Positions 19,801-25,532 of a DNA stretch of 25,532 nt are shown here, piece after piece (positions within the stretch are counted from its first letter, which is position 1; each line of letters opens with the position of its first letter). Position numbers and translations under genes: made by a program. This stretch comes from a virus (lineage: Duplodnaviria > Caudoviricetes). Location: IMG/VR virus record IMGVR_UViG_3300026260_000032, positions 1 to 25,532 of that record; one strand, given 5' to 3'. Below the pieces are notes generated by a model, which saw only the letters and a list, made by a program, of their open reading frames with translations, had not been told where the DNA came from and made no database searches.

Positions 19801-22800
19801 TACTGGTGGTACTGGATATACACCAGGTACTTCGACATTAACAACTACTGGTGGTAGTGGAGATGCAGCATTAACCGTTAGTGCTACATGTAATGCTAGT
19901 GGTATTATTGAAAGTGCTGTCGTTGTTGCTTCTGGTTCTGGATATAAAGCAGACGATATACTTACTTTGGTTGGTGGGAACAGTGATGCTACTATCAAGA
20001 TACTTACTTATAGACATTCTACTTATCAACCTGGTGGTAGAGTTGCTATTAATGCTGCTCATAGCACAATTACTGATAAGGCACTTGATAGAAACTTAGT
20101 TGTTGTTGGTGATTCAAGATTCACTGGTAACGTTAAGATTCATGATGATCTAAGTGTTGATGGTGGTGACATTAACAGCACTGCTGAAACATTCCAATTC
20201 ATCAATCTTCATACTGACTTCTTTATTGGTCTTGCTAATGCAGAATCTATTATTTTAGGTAACACCACTACTAATTCACAGACAATTAATATTGGTAATA
20301 GTGTTGGTGATACTTCTACTCATGTGATGAGGATTGGTTCTAATGCTGGTACTAGTGTTCTTGAGATTCATAGGGCAACAGAAAATGCATATGTTGAAAT
20401 TGCTACTTCTAAAGATACAGTAGGTTCTCAGTGTGATGTTAGAATTGGTGGTGCTGCTCCTAATTTAGATAGTAAGACATACATTGGTACATATCAAACA
20501 AAACTTGCTGGTACACTTGAGATTGGTGCATTTGCTGGTACATCTTCTACTCGTATCTTCTCTACTGCTGGTCATGTAGATCTAATTGATGGTCAACATA
20601 CTAATACACTTACACTTGGTAAGAATACTTCTGGATTGGAGATTGCTGGTGTTGGTGGTGTAACAACAATTCGTAACTCACTGGAAGTTCTGGCAAGTGC
20701 CACTGTTAATTCACACATCAAACTGGTTGGTGGATTGCAGGCAGGTATCATTGAAGTTGAACGTGCTATGTTCTCTGCTGGTACGTGTACTCATATTATT
20801 GGTTCACTTGCTAATCCTAATATTGATTTCCTTAAGTATGTTCCAACTGGTAAGGAGATTGATACTTCTGGTCAAGGTAACTGGGGTGGTACTACTTATC
20901 TGCTTGCTGGTGGACAGATTGCTGGAATTGATAATATTCTACCCATGCAAGATGGAGCATGGGTTACTGGTACATATTCATTCATTGAACCTACTGGTGG
21001 CACAGGATCTGGAGCATTGTTTACTATTGATATCGATATTAATGGTAATTCTTCTCTTACATTAGCAACACCTGGTAGTGGTTATAGTGATAATGATCAA
21101 CTAACCATACCAGCAGCAGCGTTGGGTAATGCAGGATCGGATATCACCTTTAAGGTTAATGGTGTTAATGCTGCAGGTAATCTTTATGACTTACCTATTA
21201 CACAACCTGCTGTTAATGACTTTAAAATTGGTGATTTGATTCTGATTGAGAGAGGACATGCTTCTTCTCCTGATACTATCGATAATGTTAATACTGGTTT
21301 GAGGGATGAGGCATTTAATGAAATTGTTGAGGTTGTTGGTTTAACTAACGTTACTAATCCTAATGATCCTCTTGGTTATCGACTTGCTGTTTCACGTGCA
21401 GTTGATGGTACTACAGCAAGAACAGATCATCCCGATGAGACTATCATTGCTAAATTTGATAAGCAACCAAATGCCAGTTACATTACTGGATTTGACTTTG
21501 ATTTAGATGGTGAGGTTGATGAGGTTGCTACTATTCTTATTGTTGATGCTGATATTCAGAAGATAGTTGGTGATGATACTGATATTGTTACTATTCATTG
21601 GCAGAGTAAGACTAATAATGATTTAAGTATTGATCTTGGTGAATTTATACAAATCACTGGTTCAAATATTGCTGGTTTGAATGGTACTTGGCCAATTCAA
21701 AGTGGATTTAATGGTGTTGGGTCTACAGTAACGATTAAGACAGCATCTAATATTGTTGCTGGTGAAACATTGTGGTCTACACAAACAACAGGTGCAATGT
21801 ATGTTACTAGTGCTGGTGGATTACCTCCTGGTACTACTAATGTGAGAATTGGTGTTGCTGAATTTGGTGGAATCTTAACAACTAATGACTACTTGCGTCT
21901 ATCTAATTGTGAGATTGTTAAGGTTGTTGAATTAACTTCTACTGATATTCAATCTTTCATTATTAATGATGGTGGAGTACCAGAAAATATAACCTTTAAG
22001 GTTGAGTCTACCACAGGCAATACATTTGGACAGGGTGATCTTAACTTTGGACAAGGATTTAATAAATTAGTGATGGATAAAACCACTGGTAATACTTCTA
22101 TTGCTGGTACATTAACTACAGAGAATACTTTAACAGTTAATGGTTCTACTATTGAGAAGACAGAATGGTTTAGATTAACAAATGGTGGTGATCTTAATAA
22201 TGCAGTGAGAACTACATTAGAAGTTGATACTGCAACTGGTGATCTATCGATCTATGGCGGTGACATGCACTTCTTTAGTGAAGATGGAAATACGACAAGA
22301 CTATCATTTGAGAATTCTTCTGGTGATTTCGCAACTTATGGAGCATTATCTGCTTTTGGTTCTGGAGTAAGTAAGTTTGGTGGTGGTATTCAGATTGGTG
22401 GTGCATATGGTACTACTGATACAGACTTCCCACATCGTGATAATATTGGTTTAACTATTAATAGTGGTCAATATTCTGATCCAGCAGCAGCAATGCTAAC
22501 CATTAATTCTGATACTGTTAAGATCTTTGAGGTTGCTAATGATGGTGCTCTAACTGTTGCTGGTATTTCTAACTATATTACTCAATCTGGTGGTAGGAAG
22601 TGGGAGTATTCTGCTTCTTCTGTGATTGATGCGGTAGCGAATACTAATTACTTTGTCAATGCGTCACAAAATACTGTGGTTAAATTACCAATGAATCCAC
22701 CACCTCTAATTGGTGATATGATTCGTATTATAGATATAGGAGGACTTTTGACTTACAATCTAACACTTGTAATTCGTGCTCCAAATGATACTAAAGTACA

Positions 22801-22996
22801 GAATTCATCAACTAATACAGGAACTGCAATGCTTACTGGTAATAGTGCAAACCTTACTACTACACATAATGGTGGTGAATTAGTTGTACAGACACCATAT
22901 GCTGGATTTGCTTTAGTTTATGCTGGTACAACAACACCTGATGGTGGTACTGCTGCTCCTGATGGTAAATCTGGTTGGTATTTAATAGAAGTATAA
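7802..22996 (+). CDS. Giant (5064 aa) cyanomyovirus virion structural / fibre-like protein
   Basis: Uninterrupted ORF behind a late promoter. N-terminal LYVSPDD...GNS..RPFKTIQRA opens a pectin-lyase-like beta-helix region. The C-terminal third has fibre-like repeats (LGINT...RANLDVVG) and ends in a T4 gp9/gp34-like unit (KLP..P..GDMIRIID.GG...GWYLIEV). Confidence 0.85.
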   Translation: MPLTRLDNLYSSKTGKYLYVSPDDFNATDELDNRGNSPLRPFKTIQRAFIEVSRYSYLPGKDNDRFDQFSVMLMPGNHYIDNRPGLVDAANPEVRFFDAANLIDANRQAIVDRAAADIATNHPDFYYPNDSQTQDYSRFKDAFRLLQLNRQEIIDTSWTKTLTQYANHGSYEETCKRDLGLFIDSLALDVAQADGNQYTRKFLKTFFNEAGTSWLNDSLNGEQAEANYAFEQARDQMFLAISNQLSVQDLTITADNAPGSDYGTATQSWKPTGATYSPSNGELVLEIADHGLSIGDHINIASGSLVFSCDSDSNATDHAYPRANDPAAGKYLEITQVATDFITVDVGHSPIVNYTPTDATYDPATGDFVLTIGVHNLSLNETVKIADSSITMTCDMDGNITDHVYPRTDDPAYNAALSISNVGSTHTPIAGTEYNSLTGILTLSIDNHTFVDGDQVKLADGAVTFSCDKDDNATDHSYPRITDPASNNWLTVSNAQPNGTGGTVFNVNVGLSPDVPYNVSAATYIPTTGLLTLDIGNHNFSGETSRTATTATYTPSTGVMQLTIPDHNYISGDRIKILDNSLVFTCDQDRNNTEHAYPRSTDPYSGKWLPVTNLTNDTVDVHVGATTGVNYTPTDADYNPANGNLVLTIGNHTLNAGRTLKLATGSLIFTCAMDDHFTEHTYPRATDPVYDKPITIASVGSTSHEVTGADYSPTTGVLTLTVPTLTISNGERIQLDDNSLTFTCAKDNNSTPHTYPRSTDDASTKWLEVSNVNAAANTFDVNVSISPDTTAHTFVSATATGLKHQDGTITLNVGVTGNVDYDVSGATFTPTTGEMVLTLSDSHTIRQGSNIRLKEESLIFTCAQDSHGSDHAYPRTTIENHTAADAGTSYDGNTGVLTIQTTAAHGMRTGDWVKIADNSLTFTCAMDGSTASPKTYPRATDPISGKWLKIDNATVNTFTIQVGSTPLVNHNVTDATYDQVTGVMVLTVGANHGLQANTSIKLADNALTFTCDKDNNATDHTYPRNDGTHDTVASNTAINIDAVDQVAGTITINVGAAAANDQYDHTFKEAIAGAVIAGGAYQHTCTTAVTDGISQKKDRSFDSSVEVTNVGSTNLQPLVGTGYTPANGILRIKCDNHGVVNGDRVKLKTDGITFTCDKDNHQTDHTYPRITDPVAGDWLLVSNASTDYFDLFVGISNLNLSSHIFASADADAIAHQDKTITINVGISSDESAHTFSTTAGNGDNAVILGGSYDHTFKSANADAIVTGGDYVHTWVSSVNNGIVKSGDSIKIGANTLKFTCAYNGHSTQHTYPRPKDPAYETLLPIISSTATEVVVDIGISPDTSAHTFIGAEVGAVTSGGNYPHSFKSALADSVTKQDGTITVNIGQTSTGAVNVTGATYDAASGHMVLDVGANHGILQGQSIKLAEESISFSCTYGAGVHTYVGGTVSNAITGNQNGVQYDVTDATYDSATGILVLTTPASQTLTNANSILISNDALTFTCDADNHQTNHTYPRAGVDPFADNVTIQIDTVDIGAGTITVNVGPITAASQTKAYPRATIENHTAGAGTTYDSSTGILNIQTTADHGMRTGDWVKIDDAGLTFSCGFGGASGAAAEKTYPRATDPISGKWIQVTVTGTNTFTLNALRGTTPSNVDIHAFVSAVAGSIKQKVDRAYDTALPIIAAHQTNGTITIDVGQSGNNGIHTFQSAVAGAVITGGNHPHTFVSAAAGALISGGNYGHLFKSAADNAVTFAANINNRANNALCADIQSFLGTLTTLVTDTITAANLNNLPAESVSAKIPAGEEKCKRDIGYFIDSVVSDLRNGGNSNIISTTKTYFDRDGNPINPGLLGEVAESVTAFNGARDQMTKAVSNQLYSKDLVVTQGPAIAGQTTPDIDYGTSGSALACSDVQSNIITLTNIMTSTLTAGNLSNLVSVQVTGTVPIFDYNQALEEWQDDSILDLSNPDNVLYKFNASDGGAIVPRGCSLIGYDLRRTIVRPLYVPDCVDGDVGRSGIFRLTGGCYLWQMTIKDGDLSSNSPLYSQADNVAKVYNKPNDFTSLVVPEYSHHKITIMSYADNEDLDVYYQKVGRAFAQFQPTIDDGELEQCVQENRIVGPLSDTRNIESIKVTAIDGGAASQLEVTTKVDHGYYVGQYVATLNSGLSSEVNGTWKITGISSTNPKVFTYNIHTNPSGLGLVDNATYTTANGLGTGAVIQAEIDSVESASPYVFNCSIRSTWGYCGMWADGSRTTGFRSMVVAQYTGVTLQKDDRAFIRYDRFNNTWNQASLTDAFATTPYHTKGDAYWKDAWRNWHIKASDDAFIQCVSVFAVGYHDHFLMESGGDMSITNSNSNFGNTSLHAKGFKGYAFNQDKGGYIDAIVPPKLVDSSAGAIVKNQYYTIDIETSNDQSNHSRLYIAGDEQKDPAKRPAANIGGYRLGAKYDDQIFVNLSSGGVGGKKTYHATLSPSGWTSYTASLSTITPSSFNFNFDLDSDGNSDFNTAQDAATLIEKNRQFIAEETYGYITNKYPNLLTNQSLSITKCQRDVGYFVDAVIKDLRVGGNVNSINTANSYFVGSNLNYVTNELTETLDAYGHAKKIMMSTMRNFTLLIKNCTTTNQSATVVVGDTSGLHSGMKVQEFNSNDFTNGWVDTGTATPIVNTIADNIVIDSIVNATTITLRDTTAGTPYLAGGDSTTAWLYFTTTGNFATAQPVADDSITISADYPECTSIATAIQGYFDTVNLIMSGNANSVTRVEPIIESSSLSGRATVFTVNTGQGQSDPHGFQTGTPVRLIPTAINSVTDKRLVRLPRGFQPNTTYYVIAPGRDTYPYTFNGSSDFDTTASTKLMLASSKENAAAGIYIFSPETDFMDSGVEVMIQQYVVHDSYDLYRYVSNVGAGGAIKSEVPHLFDIPLANVVGQKIFFGISTETGSALPIVSSGDHDGWTGTVRTNKYYYPRFQTKNSFTIHLTQADAQAGVNEVLFTGGSNFLVYGDKKTSPLKYDAETFERWYLNVKEESVGGSDPDNILTRFHDADFLDGTGNLFTPDTWFERLEDKRVPDDRIYRLRYVIPQYLQNVREPLNGYVVKTRTDDRRRLRPQKFQLEPIGGAPDVAEFYNPSQPTEQLGLNLTTLDAAGVDVENRDNLYDPYKNPLSIEFDSLFKTTIQSAKVVSVNGADRLELTVFDHHVENTAVKNEQFVILEIAIPQGAGIQSDLYNSNSTNYVAWAGSSTGSGYVHAYYEYALTSTAFVVLKGIEGKLEHGAALTTFTQSNGTFWTSMGRPDSFGLPDSTKSRSNKDSYLYRMDGANLYTLCPGDKVTTPTGHTYSLQLLEDVPEVEDTFYIFDVETIQEVIPAQQDGIYYLTAVRGNISPYPTGAGVGDNFRNYKFSQPISSLYPFNYKNDPLWFQVQANGTKDTNITDPSVSISAANNYVHGYVTLNDNKFSETKEAVVDLLATDPLKDYEFTNTTAYYQTPNPVLDNRIQAQGGNASIGSENRQIPISGDSQFPLEDRFYIELRRPSIARSGNHTFEYLGYGPGNYSTGFPLRQEVVLSDYQDYYAQAKREDAGVVFYTGLNSNGDLYIGNRKINAITGEETFLEKAELQETEDDQDSIGALVTTFDTAVTFNDKITVEGDAYLNNPVHINVDPQDGDSLRIYSHVGVNDDPTLDRTSFRDNKAGDILLTRNITRSAVFQLTGRGNVGDIGQGYSLRTHYTGGKPSNVTPNNSGLYSAGAGGTAFYTLQNITYGSSIVPVAGDVLYKGLEIGNTGSLGWIYTNYYTEIPDLSILTLTADNSALITAEWASGISNNGLGIRPGEYVRISNFSNTFFNGTWAVIGTGFDGTASTCRFYLYNQIAANTYSWANEGAGAKIEISKSSWKETGLLGTEALRTLTEVPGDYRLGINTIGRMAIEGALTASTSVDTDPRANLDVVGTAFISGKSLVTYDSLGAVTDNKYLQETSNNKTYNLEDNALLVGGDSTDADDYATLRVATSDALEATFQIVTGGTGYTPGTSTLTTTGGSGDAALTVSATCNASGIIESAVVVASGSGYKADDILTLVGGNSDATIKILTYRHSTYQPGGRVAINAAHSTITDKALDRNLVVVGDSRFTGNVKIHDDLSVDGGDINSTAETFQFINLHTDFFIGLANAESIILGNTTTNSQTINIGNSVGDTSTHVMRIGSNAGTSVLEIHRATENAYVEIATSKDTVGSQCDVRIGGAAPNLDSKTYIGTYQTKLAGTLEIGAFAGTSSTRIFSTAGHVDLIDGQHTNTLTLGKNTSGLEIAGVGGVTTIRNSLEVLASATVNSHIKLVGGLQAGIIEVERAMFSAGTCTHIIGSLANPNIDFLKYVPTGKEIDTSGQGNWGGTTYLLAGGQIAGIDNILPMQDGAWVTGTYSFIEPTGGTGSGALFTIDIDINGNSSLTLATPGSGYSDNDQLTIPAAALGNAGSDITFKVNGVNAAGNLYDLPITQPAVNDFKIGDLILIERGHASSPDTIDNVNTGLRDEAFNEIVEVVGLTNVTNPNDPLGYRLAVSRAVDGTTARTDHPDETIIAKFDKQPNASYITGFDFDLDGEVDEVATILIVDADIQKIVGDDTDIVTIHWQSKTNNDLSIDLGEFIQITGSNIAGLNGTWPIQSGFNGVGSTVTIKTASNIVAGETLWSTQTTGAMYVTSAGGLPPGTTNVRIGVAEFGGILTTNDYLRLSNCEIVKVVELTSTDIQSFIINDGGVPENITFKVESTTGNTFGQGDLNFGQGFNKLVMDKTTGNTSIAGTLTTENTLTVNGSTIEKTEWFRLTNGGDLNNAVRTTLEVDTATGDLSIYGGDMHFFSEDGNTTRLSFENSSGDFATYGALSAFGSGVSKFGGGIQIGGAYGTTDTDFPHRDNIGLTINSGQYSDPAAAMLTINSDTVKIFEVANDGALTVAGISNYITQSGGRKWEYSASSVIDAVANTNYFVNASQNTVVKLPMNPPPLIGDMIRIIDIGGLLTYNLTLVIRAPNDTKVQNSSTNTGTAMLTGNSANLTTTHNGGELVVQTPYAGFALVYAGTTTPDGGTAAPDGKSGWYLIEV
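8084..13585 (+). other. Two nested phycobiliprotein-like (globin-fold) domains: G1 (8084-8185 plus about 13205-13585) and G2 (8213 to about 8590 plus about 13080-13155)
   Basis: Motifs RFFDAANLIDANRQAIVDRA, TCKRDLGLFID, KCKRDIGYFIDSVVSDLRNGG, CADIQS and CSDVQS resemble phycocyanin helices and bilin-binding Cys sites (by-eye comparison). Confidence 0.6.
8600..13054 (+). repeat. 14 copies of a roughly 100-aa beta domain (ATY.P.TG.L.L...H....G..IK....L.FTC..D.....H.YPR..DP...VNVG...HTF.SA), nested rather than tandem
   Basis: The translation shows 14 YPR motifs, 14 matching Cys motifs and 14 closing His strands. Confidence 0.9.
15302..16033 (+). other. Third phycobiliprotein-like domain (G3) with a beta domain inserted at about 15611-15895
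   Basis: DAATLIEKNRQFIAEETYGYITNKYP ... KCQRDVGYFVDAVIKDLRVGG ... ECTSIATAIQGYFD. Confidence 0.65.
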
Positions 22997-22999
22997 GAT

Positions 23000-24367
23000 A
23001 TGTTTTATCAAGAACTTAAAACCGCCAAAGCTGCAGCTATAGGAACAATAATGCCATGGGGTGGAGGTTTAACCTCTATCCCAAAGGGTTGGGTTATGTG
23101 TGATGGATCTAATGTTGCTGCAGTTGATTTTCCGTTATTGACACAAGCAATCGGAGACACATATAATAATCTTGCTACTAATTTGCAGGGAAGTTTCCCT
23201 TCATATACAGGAACAATCAAACTTCCTCTTTTAACTGACAGAGCATTAATGGATGTTGAGAAGGATTATTTTATAAATGGTAATGCTCCTACTGGTAGAC
23301 CTCATGATGAGGATCTTGAGGCAAAAACATTAGTTGATCCAAAGGTAGGTACTCATGAGAGTCAGTCACTTACAACTATTTTTACTGATGTTTATACTGA
23401 TATAGTATTTGAACTTCCTGATTCTGATTATGTAGGTGGTGATATATATCATGGTAGATTGCGTGGTAATACAGCAATACCTGGTGATGGTTTTAGAACT
23501 TTATATGTTGCTCCTAGAAAATTAGGAAGACAGCATGTTAAGAGACATACCCATCCCGGTAGTTATGAAACAATTAGTGGTGCATCGTCTGCACAGCCCG
23601 GTAAGGGTGTGATTCCATATGAAGATGTACGCTATACTATTCGTTTTCAAATTACTGATAATATTAGCGGTTGGAATGGTGACAGCTATTACTTTGGTTG
23701 GACAGATGATGTGCCTGACGAACCATTTGATGCTGCAACACAGTTATTGATGCCTGGTATATCACCTGGTACTGGATGGGATACGGCAACCATGCAAGCA
23801 ACTGCTGGCCAGTATGTTACATATTGGCCACAGGTAGGTATGACACATCCTAGTGGATTTAGTCAGGGACTTGCTGGTAAAGTGATGGCTAAAGTATTAT
23901 CAGAAGCACCACCTTACAACTTAAAACCAAACCAGGTCGCCTATACTCCTATTAGTCGTAAATTTAAAATTACACCATCATATAACAATGGTCATCTTAT
24001 AGATAGTACTCAACCAATTGCGTATGGTTTTGGTGGCAATTCATTTACTCCTTCAGCTGGTATGACTAATTATTATGAGACTACTGATTCTATAAATGAA
24101 GTTCGTGATACGTTGATTAGTCATGCTGCATTAAATTTTCGTGCAGATAATGATCCAGATGATTATATTGAACCACATGATCATGATGAGATTGAGATTG
24201 AATTTGATGGTAGTAGGTTAAGACCAGCAAGTAATATTAATGTTATTGTAAATTTAGCTAGACAAACAGGATTGTTGCAGAATGATGCAAATAAAAATGC
24301 CTTGCAGGTTGATTTTAACACAACACAACCAAGTTTAACTTGTTTGTATATCATTAGAGCATACTAA
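23000..24367 (+). CDS. Tail-collar domain protein (short tail fibre-like)
   Basis: Collar motif AIGTIMPWGG..IPKGWVMCDG...FPLLTQAIGDTY...IKLP, HxH motifs (HTH, HDH), C-terminal QPSL.CLYIIRAY. Confidence 0.85.
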   Translation: MFYQELKTAKAAAIGTIMPWGGGLTSIPKGWVMCDGSNVAAVDFPLLTQAIGDTYNNLATNLQGSFPSYTGTIKLPLLTDRALMDVEKDYFINGNAPTGRPHDEDLEAKTLVDPKVGTHESQSLTTIFTDVYTDIVFELPDSDYVGGDIYHGRLRGNTAIPGDGFRTLYVAPRKLGRQHVKRHTHPGSYETISGASSAQPGKGVIPYEDVRYTIRFQITDNISGWNGDSYYFGWTDDVPDEPFDAATQLLMPGISPGTGWDTATMQATAGQYVTYWPQVGMTHPSGFSQGLAGKVMAKVLSEAPPYNLKPNQVAYTPISRKFKITPSYNNGHLIDSTQPIAYGFGGNSFTPSAGMTNYYETTDSINEVRDTLISHAALNFRADNDPDDYIEPHDHDEIEIEFDGSRLRPASNINVIVNLARQTGLLQNDANKNALQVDFNTTQPSLTCLYIIRAY

Positions 24368-24368
24368 T

Positions 24369-25283
24369 ATGTCGAACTTATCCGATCACAACGTTAACTA
24401 TACACACCAAAAAGCTCGTTATGGTGGCATACCTGGTACTATCCAGCAACATGCTATGGAAGGTATTATTATTGATAAAGATCCCAATAATATCATGTTT
24501 CGGGAAAAATTACCCGGTGGATTTTTACCATGTAATGGTCGAGTGCAAAATGTTAAGGATTATTATTGTTTAGCGAATGCTGTTGGTATTGGTGATGAGT
24601 GTAGATTTAAAAAAGACCATGTAACATTAAGAAATCCAGATCCTGAGAATAATGATTTAGGAAGTTTTCAATTACCGGATCTTGGATCAAAAGTAATTAT
24701 AGGTGGTAGAGGAACAGGAGAATATAGAGCAACAAGAATGGATGATGATGATGACAATTCTGCTAATAGGGTAGGTGTTAAGGTAGATCCATATTCTAAT
24801 GTTGGTACTAGATTATATTGCAATTATGCTGGAAATATGACAGCAACAGGTCAACCGAATCTTGAGTTTAATGGTAATATTCGCTATAATATGGATAGAA
24901 AGACTAGTAAGATGATATTATCACCGGAGCATTTTCAGGGTCATGCTCATAATATGACTGGACTTTCTGTGTTGAATTATAGTGGAGCTCATAGTACTGA
25001 TGGTTCTGGTATGGGGGGTGAAAATACAGCAAATGCTGCTAATGCTTCTGCTGGTAATACGATGGAAGAAACTCAAATGAATGTTCCTAGTGGTGACGCA
25101 TGGCATGAGCATACTATTTTGCGTCCTTATACTTATACTCATAGTTTTCAGTATGATTTCCCTTCATTTGAAATTCCTTTGGATGATATGTATTCATATA
25201 TTGATGTTGATACAGAAGATTTAGAAGTACTTAATCAATGTGTTACTCCATTTATTATGGTTCATTACATCATTAAGTTTTAA
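24369..25283 (+). CDS. Tail-collar domain protein (short tail fibre-like)
   Basis: PGTI...LPGGFLPCNG...Y.CLANAVG...FQLPDLGSK, HAH and HEH motifs, C-terminal PFIMVHYIIKF. Confidence 0.85.
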   Translation: MSNLSDHNVNYTHQKARYGGIPGTIQQHAMEGIIIDKDPNNIMFREKLPGGFLPCNGRVQNVKDYYCLANAVGIGDECRFKKDHVTLRNPDPENNDLGSFQLPDLGSKVIIGGRGTGEYRATRMDDDDDNSANRVGVKVDPYSNVGTRLYCNYAGNMTATGQPNLEFNGNIRYNMDRKTSKMILSPEHFQGHAHNMTGLSVLNYSGAHSTDGSGMGGENTANAANASAGNTMEETQMNVPSGDAWHEHTILRPYTYTHSFQYDFPSFEIPLDDMYSYIDVDTEDLEVLNQCVTPFIMVHYIIKF

Positions 25284-25286
25284 ATC

Positions 25287-25532
25287 ATGGGTCAGCAAAG
25301 TTATCAATATGCACATAGTACTACATGGTATGTTCCTAGTGATGTAAAATGTGCTTATGTCATTACTGTTGGCGGTGGTGGCGGCGGCGGCGGTCCATCA
25401 GATTGTCCTGGATGGGGTAGAGGAGACTGGGGGCAGTCTGGTGGCGGCAGTAGTTCTGGTGGATTTGGAGCATCTTCTGGTGGCGGTGGTGGTGGCGGTC
25501 ATTACAGCGGCGGTAGTGGTGGATGGAGTAAT
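25287..25532 (+). CDS. 5' part of a Gly-rich domain protein (likely fibre-associated), truncated by the window end
   Basis: ATG 3 nt after the previous stop; MGQQSYQYAHSTTWYVPSDVKCAYVITVGGGGGGGG... fits the phage Gly-rich pattern W.VP..V......VGGGGGG; open to the window end. Confidence 0.75.
   Translation, partial: MGQQSYQYAHSTTWYVPSDVKCAYVITVGGGGGGGGPSDCPGWGRGDWGQSGGGSSSGGFGASSGGGGGGGHYSGGSGGWSN

Noticed and set aside
1312-25142. Short alternative-frame and antisense ORFs inside the large genes (Leu/Met/Val-rich on +, Ser/Thr/Ile-rich on -)
   Set aside because: These are the expected shadows of the NNT-biased codon usage of the real genes, and none shows a recognisable motif.
25371-25394. 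GC-rich GGC/GGT run
   Set aside because: Explained by the poly-Gly motif of the Gly-rich domain, unlike the patch at 5168-5194.

Overview
The window is part of a low-GC T4-like marine cyanophage (cyanomyovirus) genome, and every credible gene is on the + strand. It opens with baseplate genes: a gp27/VgrG-N-like hub and a gp5 split into an OB-fold gene and a beta-helix spike gene. A small auxiliary island follows (CP12-like protein, a hypothetical, a CpeT/CpcT-type bilin lyase, tRNA-Thr/Gly/Asn). Then come a 5064-aa virion/fibre protein, two tail-collar proteins and the start of a Gly-rich protein. Two observations in the giant protein stand out. (1) It carries three helical domains that align by eye with phycobiliprotein subunits and keep both bilin-attachment cysteines (C-x-R-D and a beta-Cys153/155-like site). 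The gene lies about 300 nt downstream of a T-type lyase, the class that serves beta-Cys153/155, which suggests a chromophorylated virion protein. (2) Its 14 'C..H.YPR..DP' beta domains are not tandem but recursively inserted into one another, closing in last-in-first-out order, so the chain should fold as a branched tree. All alignments were made by eye against recalled sequences; no database search or structure prediction was run.
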